A stretch of DNA of 32,000 bases from Nostoc sp. PCC 7120 = FACHB-418 (GCF_000009705.1 NC_003272.1:5490001-5522000), one strand, 5' to 3'; counted from the stretch's first letter, positions 1-9,145 are shown. Numbers and translations are program-made. The notes: generated from the letters alone by a model not told the origin.

Positions 1-1
1 A

Positions 2-913
<912 letters not shown>

Positions 914-938
914 TTCTGAATTCTTAATTCAATAAAAA

Positions 939-968
939 AGCGTCTCCTGCAAAGGGGGCGCTTTTTTG
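939..968 (+). terminator. Rho-independent terminator downstream of psbA
   Basis: AGCGTCTCC (939-947) pairs with GGGGGCGCT (954-962), giving a 9-bp stem with two G.U pairs and a 6-nt loop. A T6 run follows directly. Confidence 0.8.
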
Positions 969-1173
969 TTGTTTATTATAGCGATTCCTAGTTAAGTTAG
1001 TTACAGACGATATTTTGAAACGCAAAGGGGCGCTGAGTAAAGCGCAGAGGTACGCAGAGATTTGTAGCTCATCAGACTAGTAAACGCTATATTTAAAAAT
1101 CATCTCTTTGGTGACCAGTAATTGGTAATAGTAAAAACAATTACCTGTTAGCCATTAGCAATCAACAAGAAGA

Positions 1174-2478
1174 TTAGCTAATATCATCTGAATTAACCCA
1201 TTCGTCGTAGGATGAATCGTAACCTGTGTAATGAATAAAATATTGATTTCCTTGAATTTTCTCAATGGTTGCAGTGTACCAAGTTTCTTCTTCATCACTC
1301 CAACATTTGACCTTTTTACCAACTGCATATCCGTTGGCATCAGATGAGGCATAATCAGTAGCGCGAATATCATCTTTGCCAACCCACTCATTATGGGATG
1401 AACCATAGCCAATATAGTTTATAAAGAACTGGTCATCTTGAACTTTCTCAATTGTGGCTTGATACCAGTCTTCTTCTTCTTCATCCCAGACTTCTATTTT
1501 TTTGCTGACTGCATACTGACTAGTATCTGATTTCACAGCAGATGATGAATCTTGAATAGGCTGTGTTGTCTCTTGTTTTATTTCTTCTTTAACTAAAGTA
1601 TGGGCTTTCAAAATCAATCTCCGAGCTACTGATTGAATACCTGTATGCTCAAAGTAATTGGTAGTTTGGTCTAGGAATGCAGCGACAAAATCTAAATTAT
1701 CATCAGCAATTTGGATGAAATTACCAAGATGACTAGAAATAGATTGTGGGGTGATACCTGTCTTAGTGACTAAGTTATTCATCCAGCCTTGAACAGCATT
1801 GAAACCTTGATTGATAAAGCCCAGTTTATCAGTGGGATTACTTCCTGGTAAGGAGCTATTGACGGCTAAGAAAACAGGATTTTGAGTGATGCTGTTAGAT
1901 TCAGCACCGCTAATGATTCCCTGGATTTTGCTGAGGAAGTCGGGGCCTAATGGTAGGATGCCATCTAGACAAACTAGAGCTACCATGCGGATTAAGGAAG
2001 CATCTTGATAGTTGTTAGCCAGAGAATTGGCAAATTCTTGGGGGTTTGGTTGGGGAATACCGTTGAGTTTGCAAAAAACGATAATTTCGATGGCAATTTT
2101 TGAGACTAAATCAATGCTTTGGGTGACATCGGCTTTGGGGGTAATATTGCTTAAAAAAGATAGAAAGCCGATCTTTTCACCTACTTTATTCGCTAAAGCC
2201 GCAGTTGCCATTGCTGTGTCGGCTTTATCTATGGTCTGGTAAAGTTTGACGGCGGATTGATAGCCTTGCTGGGGGTCATTATACAAAGAAGTGGCGCGAT
2301 CGCGGATTTTCTGAATTACCCTGGCATCAGTTTCTCCGGTAACAGCGCGAATAGTGTTATCAAAGCCTACTAAATTCTGCCACTGACCAGGGGCGACATA
2401 ATCTAGAGCGTTGAGAACTTTGACGGTAATATTATCGCTCGGTAATTCATCAACCAACTGAATAATTGATTTATCCAT
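1174..2478 (-). CDS. Hypothetical protein: unknown N-terminal domain of about 310 aa plus two C-terminal Tudor-like (SMN/Agenet-type) repeats
   Basis: 434-aa ORF. The C-terminus holds two related units of about 50 aa: KKIEVWDEEEEDWYQATIEKVQDDQFFINYIGYGSSHNEWVGKDDI and KKVKCWSDEEETWYTATIEKIQGNQYFIHYTGYDSSYDEWVNSDDI. I do not recognise the N-terminal part. Confidence 0.75.
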   Translation of the reverse strand: MDKSIIQLVDELPSDNITVKVLNALDYVAPGQWQNLVGFDNTIRAVTGETDARVIQKIRDRATSLYNDPQQGYQSAVKLYQTIDKADTAMATAALANKVGEKIGFLSFLSNITPKADVTQSIDLVSKIAIEIIVFCKLNGIPQPNPQEFANSLANNYQDASLIRMVALVCLDGILPLGPDFLSKIQGIISGAESNSITQNPVFLAVNSSLPGSNPTDKLGFINQGFNAVQGWMNNLVTKTGITPQSISSHLGNFIQIADDNLDFVAAFLDQTTNYFEHTGIQSVARRLILKAHTLVKEEIKQETTQPIQDSSSAVKSDTSQYAVSKKIEVWDEEEEDWYQATIEKVQDDQFFINYIGYGSSHNEWVGKDDIRATDYASSDANGYAVGKKVKCWSDEEETWYTATIEKIQGNQYFIHYTGYDSSYDEWVNSDDIS

Positions 2479-2679
2479 AAAGCAGACCTCATAATCTGGG
2501 GAAATACTGACACAACAATTCAGATCAGCCGATGCAAATAGCCTCTAACCGCTTCGGCTTCTATTCACTGCACAGTATTTATAGAGTTCCCAAGATTGAG
2601 AAAAAAGTAACTTTAACAAGTTAGTCAGGGTCTAGAGTGTTAAAATCCGTGATGAAATAATTAAGCAGCTATTTGAAGT

Positions 2680-2880
2680 ATGACGGCGATCGCACCTCAA
2701 GAAAAATCTCCACGTCAAGTACTGCTATATCTTGGAGAAGATAATTATTTTGTTGTCGAAGTGCCGAGTTTGCCTGGTTGTATCAGTCAGGGAAAAACTC
2801 GTGAAGAGGCTTTAACTAATATCGAAGTTCTCCAAGACAAAGGCGAAACTCTTCCAGAATACCAATTTATAAATATATGA
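2680..2880 (+). CDS. HicB-like (UPF0150) antitoxin-family protein, short form, no HicA partner visible
   Basis: YFVVEVPSLPGCISQGKTREEALTNI matches the HicB N-terminal core (xVPdLPGCxSqGeTxEEAlxNi). At 66 aa it appears to lack part of the following helix. Its TGA stop overlaps the ATG of the next gene (ATATGA at 2875-2880). Confidence 0.6.
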   Translation: MTAIAPQEKSPRQVLLYLGEDNYFVVEVPSLPGCISQGKTREEALTNIEVLQDKGETLPEYQFINI

Positions 2881-3770
2881 GCAAAAAATTAGTAGACAGG
2901 CTGCTGCTATTTTGTTTCACATTTGTTCTTGGCTTCACATTTACTATTCATAATGTCCAAGCCGAATCAGCACCTTTCTATTGGGAATTTATCAATGTCG
3001 ATATTGCCGTACAGCCTAACGGTGATATGTTAGTCACTGAGACACAAAAATATAATTTTATTAGAGATTATAACCATCTGCGTTCCCGGTACATTCCTTT
3101 AGATAATGTAGACAGAATTACTGAAGTTTCTGTATCCGAAAATGGTCAATTGTTACCCAGTATAACAAGTACAAGTACAGGAAATCATCAATTGTTGATT
3201 AGTTGGGAACATCAATTGCAATCACCAGAAAGCCATACTTTCGTGTTGAAATATCGTGTTATTGGAGGATTGCTCGTCAATCATAACTATGCTCAAGTAT
3301 ACTGGGAAGCAATATTCTCTGACCGTAAAGCCCCTATTAAACAGGCGCAGGTTAGGGTGGAATTTCCTGAAGAACTTACTAATAAAATTAAAATATTCCA
3401 AAGCTTTGGTGTAGTTGCAGATATTCGCCGAGTCGATACAAAAACTATTGAGGCTGTTACTAAACAATTTATAGAGCCAGGGACGGGGTTAAAAATTCAG
3501 GTGATATTTGATCGTGCGGGTACTAAGATTGAAACCTCTGGATGGCAAAGTACACAATTTTTTTATGAGAGGTTAGTGTGGATTTTGTTGGGATTGCTAG
3601 TCTTTGGTATCCCTCTTCTCCTCATTATTGTCTCTAGGAATGGGACTGGGACTAGTAGTAGCTACATTGGAGACAGTAGTATTGATTACTATGGCGGTGG
3701 CGGTGATTATGGTGGCGGTGATTATGGTGGCGGTGATTATGGCGGCGGTGGTGGTGGCGGTGGTGATTAA
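2877..3770 (+). CDS. DUF2207-like membrane protein with signal peptide, one C-terminal TM helix and a Gly/Tyr/Asp-rich tail
   Basis: N-terminal hydrophobic signal (LLLFCFTFVLGFTFTIHNVQA). FYWEFINVDIAVQPNGDMLVTETQKYNF resembles the DUF2207 N-domain. TM segment WILLGLLVFGIPLLLIIV. The tail GGGDYGGGDYGGGDYGGGGGGGGD is encoded by three 15-bp units (3696-3740). Confidence 0.65.
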   Translation: MSKKLVDRLLLFCFTFVLGFTFTIHNVQAESAPFYWEFINVDIAVQPNGDMLVTETQKYNFIRDYNHLRSRYIPLDNVDRITEVSVSENGQLLPSITSTSTGNHQLLISWEHQLQSPESHTFVLKYRVIGGLLVNHNYAQVYWEAIFSDRKAPIKQAQVRVEFPEELTNKIKIFQSFGVVADIRRVDTKTIEAVTKQFIEPGTGLKIQVIFDRAGTKIETSGWQSTQFFYERLVWILLGLLVFGIPLLLIIVSRNGTGTSSSYIGDSSIDYYGGGGDYGGGDYGGGDYGGGGGGGGD

Positions 3771-4081
3771 CCAAATAAACGCTGTACGCATTTGAGAATT
3801 ACTGGTTGTAAATAAAAGCGTTCCACATCACCAATACCTTCACCAAAAAGAGAGTATGAAGAGATAGGGCTGCTGTAGTAGGGCTAAGGTATTGCTAGCT
3901 CAAAAGATATTGGCTGGATAAGTTTTATACTCATACTGCAAAGGAAAAGAATCTACCTTTAGCCCTGGGAGAAAGTCTTAATTTATCCTGCAAATAATTT
4001 GGGTGTGTAGGTTTTATCGTAAAAATAGAATTTACTGTAACAATTCGATATAAAATCTAAAATCTAAAATCCCCAATTAAG

Positions 4082-5473
4082 ATGGCAGACTTAACTCCTA
4101 ATTCCAGTTTTAGTGTTACTCTCCGATTACAGATTCCCAATCGTGTGGGAATGCTAGCATCTATCACTCAAGCGATCGCATCTAGTGGTGGTAATCTCGG
4201 TCAAATCGATTTAATCGAGCAAACACGCCAAGTTTCTCTCCGTGACTTAACTGTTGATGCTGCTAGTACTGAACACGCGGAAACTATTGTGCAAGCAGTC
4301 AAAGCCATACCTGATATTAAGTTAGTCAGCGTTTACGATCGCACCTTTAATTTACATCGTGGCGGGAAAATCAGCATCACCAGCCGGATTCCTCTCAAGA
4401 GTGTATCCGACTTAGCAATGGCTTATACCCCTGGCGTGGGTCGGGTTTGTACGGCGATCGCTCAAGACCCATCGCAAGTATACAATTTAACTATCAAACA
4501 AAATACTGTCGCCATTGTCACTGATGGTAGTGCGGTTTTAGGATTGGGTAATCTTGGCCCCCATGCAGCTTTACCAGTGATGGAAGGTAAAGCCATGTTA
4601 TTTAAGGAATTTGCTGGGTTGGATGCCTTTCCTATTTGCCTCGCTACCCAAGATACAGAAGAGATTATCCAAGCCGTCAAAAATATTGCCCCGGTTTTTG
4701 GCGGTGTGAATTTAGAGGATATCGCCGCACCCCGTTGCTTTGAAATTGAGAAGAGATTGCGCGATGAATTAGATATTCCTGTTTTTCACGATGACCAACA
4801 TGGTACAGCAATTGTCACCTTGGCAGCTTTATTTAACTCCTTGAAACTGGTGCAGAAGTCACTGGCCGACATCCGCATTGTGATTAATGGTGCTGGTGCA
4901 GCTGGCGTGGCGATCGCCCGGTTACTACGGAAAGCTGGGGCAGAAAAAATCTGGATGTGCGACTCTAAAGGCATTATCTCCACCACTCGCACCGACCTCA
5001 ATGAAGAAAAACAGGAGTTTGCCGTCAAAGCTCAGGGTACACTAGCTGGTGCAGTCCAAGGCGCAGATGTATTTATTGGTGTGAGTGCGCCTGGAGTCTT
5101 AACACCAGAGATGGTAAAGTCTATGGCTAAAGATGCGATTGTTTTTGCTATGGCTAATCCCATACCCGAAATTCAGCCAGAATTGATTAGCAAGGATGTA
5201 GCTGTTATCGCCACAGGTCGCAGTGACTACCCTAACCAAATTAATAACGTGTTAGCTTTTCCTGGGGTATTCCGTGGTGCGTTGGATTGTCGCGCGCAAA
5301 CAATTACCACCACCATGTACTTAGAAGCAGCCAGTGCGATCGCTTCTTTGGTTAATCCCTCAGACTTGAGTCGGGAACATATTATTCCCTCAGTCTTTGA
5401 TGAACGTGTCGTTACCGCCGTCGCTGCTGCTGTGCAACGTGCAGCGCGAGAAGAGGGGATTGCACGGGGTTAA
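4082..5473 (+). CDS. NAD(P)-dependent malic enzyme (oxaloacetate-decarboxylating malate dehydrogenase) with N-terminal ACT domain
   Basis: 463 aa. ACT-like N-terminus (VTLRLQIPNRVGMLASITQAIASSGGNLGQIDL), then the malic-enzyme core (AYTPGVGRVC, VTDGSAVLGLGNLG, VFHDDQHGTAIV) and a Rossmann motif (NGAGAAGVAIARLL). Confidence 0.93.
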   Translation: MADLTPNSSFSVTLRLQIPNRVGMLASITQAIASSGGNLGQIDLIEQTRQVSLRDLTVDAASTEHAETIVQAVKAIPDIKLVSVYDRTFNLHRGGKISITSRIPLKSVSDLAMAYTPGVGRVCTAIAQDPSQVYNLTIKQNTVAIVTDGSAVLGLGNLGPHAALPVMEGKAMLFKEFAGLDAFPICLATQDTEEIIQAVKNIAPVFGGVNLEDIAAPRCFEIEKRLRDELDIPVFHDDQHGTAIVTLAALFNSLKLVQKSLADIRIVINGAGAAGVAIARLLRKAGAEKIWMCDSKGIISTTRTDLNEEKQEFAVKAQGTLAGAVQGADVFIGVSAPGVLTPEMVKSMAKDAIVFAMANPIPEIQPELISKDVAVIATGRSDYPNQINNVLAFPGVFRGALDCRAQTITTTMYLEAASAIASLVNPSDLSREHIIPSVFDERVVTAVAAAVQRAAREEGIARG

Positions 5474-5523
5474 TTAACACTTCGACTACGTTCAGTGTTA
5501 AATTTAAAAGTTTTTTTGATTAA

Positions 5524-5555
5524 GGATGGGCGGATTCGTCCATCCTTTATATTTT
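5524..5555 (+). terminator. Hairpin plus T-rich tail after the malic enzyme gene; left copy of the island-flanking repeat
   Basis: GGATGGGC (5524-5531) pairs with GTCCATCC (5538-5545), followed by TTTATATTTT. Nearly the same 32/33 nt recur at 14624-14655. Confidence 0.6.
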
Positions 5556-5615
5556 AACGGGTTCAGTTAAAGGTATAAATCAAAATTAAAGTAGGTTAAT
5601 TTGGTATCCGTTAAA

Positions 5616-5897
5616 GTTCCAATGCTCATTCACGAGTCTTAAACACTCGTCAACCAAGTTCCAATACTCGTCCACGAGTCTCAAACACTCATTCACGAGT
5701 CCCAAACACTCGTCAACCAATTTCCAATACTCACTCACGAGTCTTAAACACTCGTCAACTAGGTTCCAATACTCGTCCACGAGTCTCAAACACTCGTCAA
5801 CTAAGTTCCAATGCTCATTCACGAGTCTTAAACACTCGTCAACCAAGTTCCAACACTCATTCACGAGTCTCAAGCACTCGTCAACCAATCTCCAATA
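5616..5897. repeat. Tandem array, about 6.5 units of a 42-bp repeat built from two related 21-mers
   Basis: Unit GTTCCAAT(G/A)CTC(A/G)T(T/C)CACGAGTCT(T/C)AAACACTCGTCAAC(C/T)A(A/G). Each unit contains ACGAGT-N7-ACTCGT, which can form a hairpin. The 111-aa minus-strand ORF here only reads out the repeat (LVDECLRLVNEHWN repeated). Confidence 0.9.
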
Positions 5898-5982
5898 AGT
5901 AGAATGACTTGAAAAAAACAAACTATGGTAAAAATACTAGGATTCGTTTCTTAGTGATAACTTTAGTCTTTTCCTGAGAACT

Positions 5983-6195
5983 AAAGTTACGCGATGTGCG
6001 ACTTATTTGTGAAACCCCTCTCCATAGCTTGCTACTCTACGAGTTCTCCGTAGGAGTACCCGCAGGGTACCTCTCCCCGTTGGCGTTAGCCTGCCGTTAG
6101 GCAAGCGGAGAGAGGCTTTGAATCTTGCTCCCCTTCCCTTGCAGGGAAGGGGTTGGGGGTTAGGTTTGAGAGAAAGTTGCACACGGCGTAAAGTT
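5983..6195. mobile_element. MITE-like small dispersed element of about 213 bp with imperfect terminal inverted repeats
   Basis: Left end AAAGTTACGCGATGTGCGACTT (5983-6004) matches the reverse complement of the right end AAGTTGCACACGGCGTAAAGTT (6174-6195) at 17/22 positions. The interior is non-coding and hairpin-rich (CCCTTCCCTTGCAGGGAAGGGG), a motif style I recall from Nostoc dispersed repeats. Confidence 0.5.
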
Positions 6196-6269
6196 CCTAC
6201 TACAAAACTTTAATTAACCAAGACGATAATTTAAACTGGTTGAGATTTATTTGAAAAATTAGGGATAAG

Positions 6270-7853
6270 ATGACAGAAAAAGCAGCAAAGCAGAATAACT
6301 CAGAGTCATTTGAGCAGAAATTATGGAAAGCGGCGGATAAGCTGCGAAAAAATATTGATGCTGCTGAGTATAAGCACATTGTTTTAGGTTTAATTTTTCT
6401 GAAATATATTTCTGATGCCTTTGAAGAGTTGCATCAAAAGCTGCTGGCGGGTGAGGGGGATTACGCAGGGGCAAATCCAGAGGATAGGGATGAGTATTCA
6501 GCAGAGAATGTGTTTTTTGTGCCAGTTGAGGCGCGGTGGTCATATCTTCAAGGACAGGCGAAGCAACCGGACATTGGTAAAACCGTTGATTTGGCTATGG
6601 AAGCAATTGAGCAGGAAAACGCCAAACGGTTAAAAGGGATTTTACCCAAGGTGTATGGACAGCAGAAATTAGACCAGAAATCTTTGGGTGGATTAATTGA
6701 CTTAATTGGATCAATTACGTTAGGGGATGCTGAGGCACAGGCACAGGATGTTTTAGGGCGAGTCTATGAATATTTTTTGGGACAATTTGCTCTAGCTGAA
6801 GGCAAGAAAGGCGGACAGTTCTATACACCTGAAAGTATTGTGAAACTTTTAGTTGAGATGTTAGAACCCTACAATGGGCGTGTCTTTGACCCTTGCTGTG
6901 GTTCAGGGGGGATGTTTGTCCAGAGTGAGAAGTTTGTCAAAAATCACCAAGGGCGTTTGGATGATATCTCAATTTATGGGCAGGAGAGCAACGAGACAAC
7001 CTATAAATTGTGTCGGATGAATTTGGCGATTAGGGGGATTGACGGCTCAAATATTAAGTGGAATCCTGAAGGTTCGTTTCTCAATGATGCTCACAAGGAC
7101 TTAAAAGCGGATTTTGTCATTGCTAATCCTCCTTTTAATGATAGTGATTGGGGCGGCGAGTTATTGCGAAATGATGGACGTTGGCTGGATAAAGACCTTG
7201 TACCTCCAGTTGGGAATGCCAATTTTGCTTGGGTATCGCATTTTATTTACCACTTAGCACCCACAGGTTCGGCGGGTTTTGTGTTGTCGAATGGTTCGCT
7301 GTCGTCAAATACAAGCGGTGAGGGAGATATTCGCAAGGCTTTAGTGCAGAAAGATTTGGTGGATTGTATTGTCATGTTGCCAACCCAACTTTTTTACAAT
7401 ACGGGTATTCCTGCTTGTTTGTGGTTTCTTAGTCGGTATAAAAACGGGAATAAAAACAGGGATAGACACGGTGAGGTATTGTTTATTGATGCCTCAGAGT
7501 TGGGTTATATGGTAAATCGCAGTAGTAGGGCTTTCACGGAAGCTGAGATTAGCAAGATTGCTGATACTTACCATGAGTGGAAAAAGTCGGGGGGGAGTTA
7601 CCGCGATATCAAAGGCTTTTGTAAGTCTGCATCAATCGCGGAAATTGAGAAGCATAATTTTGTGTTGACACCAGGGCGATATGTGGGGATTCCTGATGAA
7701 GTGGAGGATGGGGTGAGCTTTGAGGAGAAAATGAGTGAGCTTACAATGGCATTAGGTGAGCAAATGCGAGAGGGGCAATTGTTGGATGAGGAGATTAAAA
7801 AGCAATTGTTAAAGGTGGGATTTATTGTTAGTGATGAGTTGGTTGATTTTTAA
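6270..7853 (+). CDS. hsdM: Type I restriction-modification system, N6-adenine DNA methyltransferase subunit M
   Basis: 527 aa. HsdM N-terminal domain ([36 protein letters not shown]), AdoMet motif I ([12 protein letters not shown]) and catalytic motif IV (VIANPPFN). Confidence 0.95.
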   Translation: MTEKAAKQNNSESFEQKLWKAADKLRKNIDAAEYKHIVLGLIFLKYISDAFEELHQKLLAGEGDYAGANPEDRDEYSAENVFFVPVEARWSYLQGQAKQPDIGKTVDLAMEAIEQENAKRLKGILPKVYGQQKLDQKSLGGLIDLIGSITLGDAEAQAQDVLGRVYEYFLGQFALAEGKKGGQFYTPESIVKLLVEMLEPYNGRVFDPCCGSGGMFVQSEKFVKNHQGRLDDISIYGQESNETTYKLCRMNLAIRGIDGSNIKWNPEGSFLNDAHKDLKADFVIANPPFNDSDWGGELLRNDGRWLDKDLVPPVGNANFAWVSHFIYHLAPTGSAGFVLSNGSLSSNTSGEGDIRKALVQKDLVDCIVMLPTQLFYNTGIPACLWFLSRYKNGNKNRDRHGEVLFIDASELGYMVNRSSRAFTEAEISKIADTYHEWKKSGGSYRDIKGFCKSASIAEIEKHNFVLTPGRYVGIPDEVEDGVSFEEKMSELTMALGEQMREGQLLDEEIKKQLLKVGFIVSDELVDF

Positions 7854-7988
7854 GGAGATGAATATGACTCAAGTTATCTTGAAAAAGCTTAACCCCATTG
7901 TTATAGAAAAACTAAAACATCTGGCTCAGAGTCATCAACGGACTTTGGAAGAAGAAATCACATCTATTCTTGAGGATGTAACAGAAAA
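7844..7988. repeat. 145-bp direct repeat, copy A (hsdM 3' end, RBS and antitoxin N-domain)
   Basis: Aligns base for base with 8856-9000. I counted only about 6 mismatches by eye. Confidence 0.9.
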
Positions 7989-8121
7989 TACGCCTATAAT
8001 TACATCTAAAAGTAGGGACTGGTCGCCTGGTTTTTTTGAGCAGACTTGTGCTGGTTGGCAGGGGGAATTGTTAGTTAGAGAGCCTCAGCCAGAAGCACAG
8101 GAACGAGAGCCGCTATTATGA
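7858..8121 (+). CDS. Ribbon-helix-helix (VapB/FitA-type) antitoxin, copy 1
   Basis: AAGGAG (7852-7857) precedes ATG 7858/7864. MNMTQVILKKLNPIVIEKLKHLAQSHQRTLEEEITSILEDV is an RHH-style N-domain. The C-terminal half (SPGFFEQTCAGWQGELLVREPQPEAQEREPLL) looks like a toxin-binding tail. The stop overlaps an ATG that opens a PIN-like stub. Confidence 0.7.
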   Translation: MNMTQVILKKLNPIVIEKLKHLAQSHQRTLEEEITSILEDVTENTPIITSKSRDWSPGFFEQTCAGWQGELLVREPQPEAQEREPLL

Positions 8122-8141
8122 GTTATTTGTTAGATACCTAA
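8118..8141 (+). pseudogene. Remnant of a PIN-domain (vapC) toxin gene, truncated after 7 codons
   Basis: ATGAGTTATTTGTTAGATACCTAA encodes MSYLLDT*. It is in the ATGA-overlap position expected for a toxin gene and matches the start of the intact VapC at 9142 (MSIKYLLDTNIISE). Confidence 0.6.
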
Positions 8142-8225
8142 AATGTTTTGCTACCTACACCAATAGAGACTTTTCAAACAACCTCTTATATTAATTTGTG
8201 TTGATTGCACATGAGGTAACAAAAA

Positions 8226-8804
8226 ATGATTGCTGTAAAAGGTAAGTTTCCTAAGTTAACACCCGAAGAATATTTCATCTGGGAAGAAAAACAACAGCTT
8301 CGCCATGAGTATCTTAATGGTGAAGTTTACGCTATGACTGGGGGGACGCAAAATCATGGACGAATTGCTAGTAATATTATTTTCATTGTTAAAGGTCATT
8401 TACGGGGCGGTGGTTGTCAGGTTGGTAATTCCGATTGTCGTATAAATATTTTTGAAACGAAAGATTATGTTTATCCTGATGTGAGCGTTACTTGCGACGA
8501 GCGCGATCGCACTGCAATTCAAGCAATTCAATATCCCTGTTTAATTGTTGAGGTTTTATCTCCAAGTACAGCCAGTTATGACCGAGGGGATAAATTTAGA
8601 TTGTATCGTCGCAATCCTAGTTTACAAGATTATCTTTTGGTTGATGCTGAGAAAATAGCGATTGATTTATACCGCAAAAATGAGCGCGGTAATTGGGAGA
8701 TTTTTAATTATCAGTTGGGGGATAATATCAAGCTACAAAGTATTGATTTAAGTTTTCCCATTGAGTCGGTTTATGAGGATATTGTTTTTGAGGAATCAGT
8801 ATAA
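8226..8804 (+). CDS. Uma2-family (DUF820) PD-(D/E)xK endonuclease
   Basis: 192 aa. EEYFIWEEKQQLRHEYLNGEVYAMTGGTQNHGRI, then PDVSV ... LIVEVLSPSTASYDRGDKFRLYRRNPSLQDYLLVD. This is the typical Uma2 layout with a D...E-x-L/K nuclease core. Confidence 0.85.
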   Translation: MIAVKGKFPKLTPEEYFIWEEKQQLRHEYLNGEVYAMTGGTQNHGRIASNIIFIVKGHLRGGGCQVGNSDCRINIFETKDYVYPDVSVTCDERDRTAIQAIQYPCLIVEVLSPSTASYDRGDKFRLYRRNPSLQDYLLVDAEKIAIDLYRKNERGNWEIFNYQLGDNIKLQSIDLSFPIESVYEDIVFEESV

Positions 8805-8855
8805 ATAGCTAGTATTTCTATCAGTTTGGGAATGAATTTACTAAAAATGCCAAAG

Positions 8856-9000
8856 TGATTTTTAAGGAGATGAATATGACTCAAGTTATTTTGAAACAGC
8901 TTAACCCCATTGTTCTAGAAAAACTAAAACGTCTGGCTCAGAGTCATCAACGGACTTTGGAAGAAGAAATCACATCTATTCTTGAGGATGTAGCAGAAAA
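8856..9000. repeat. 145-bp direct repeat, copy B
   Basis: See 7844-7988. It includes the same TGATTTTTAAGGAGATGAATATGACTCAAGTT leader even though no hsdM end lies upstream here. Confidence 0.9.
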
Positions 9001-9145
9001 AGAGGAAGAACCAAAAAGCTCTGAGGGTTTTTGGGATATGACTTTACAATTTAGAGAAAGGATGCAGCAGGAGAATATTACTTTTGATGATGCAGATTTT
9101 GCGGATATTCGAGATCGCTCTGTCGGTAGGGATGTTGAGTTTTGA
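8870..9145 (+). CDS. vapB: Ribbon-helix-helix antitoxin, copy 2 (same N-domain as copy 1, unrelated C-terminal half)
   Basis: MNMTQVILKQLNPIVLEKLKRLAQSHQRTLEEEITSILEDV, then an acidic tail that differs from copy 1 (EKEEEPKSSEGFWDMTLQFRERMQQENITFDDADFADIRDRSVGRDVEF). The TGA stop overlaps the TTG start of vapC. Confidence 0.75.
   Translation: MNMTQVILKQLNPIVLEKLKRLAQSHQRTLEEEITSILEDVAEKEEEPKSSEGFWDMTLQFRERMQQENITFDDADFADIRDRSVGRDVEF

Noticed and set aside
2480-2680. HicA toxin partner upstream of the HicB-like gene
   Set aside because: I found no ORF of suitable length and no HicA-like peptide (dsRBD-like G..L..GTL..IL motif) in any frame I translated.
3597-3795. 63-64-aa ORFs overlapping the 3' end of the DUF2207-like gene
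   Set aside because: They are generated by the GGTGGCGGTGATTAT repeat read in other frames or on the other strand (ITATIITATII / VAVIMVAVIM). They are an artefact of repeat periodicity.
5586-5921. 111-aa minus-strand ORF (LVDECLRLVNEHWN repeats) as a repeat protein, or the array as a CRISPR locus
   Set aside because: The ORF is a by-product of a 42-bp tandem DNA repeat with no RBS or start context. The units abut each other without unique spacers, so it is not CRISPR.
6259-6543. 94-aa minus-strand ORF overlapping the hsdM start
   Set aside because: It is antisense to the conserved HsdM N-terminal domain, and its Pro/Leu-rich sequence is unrecognisable.
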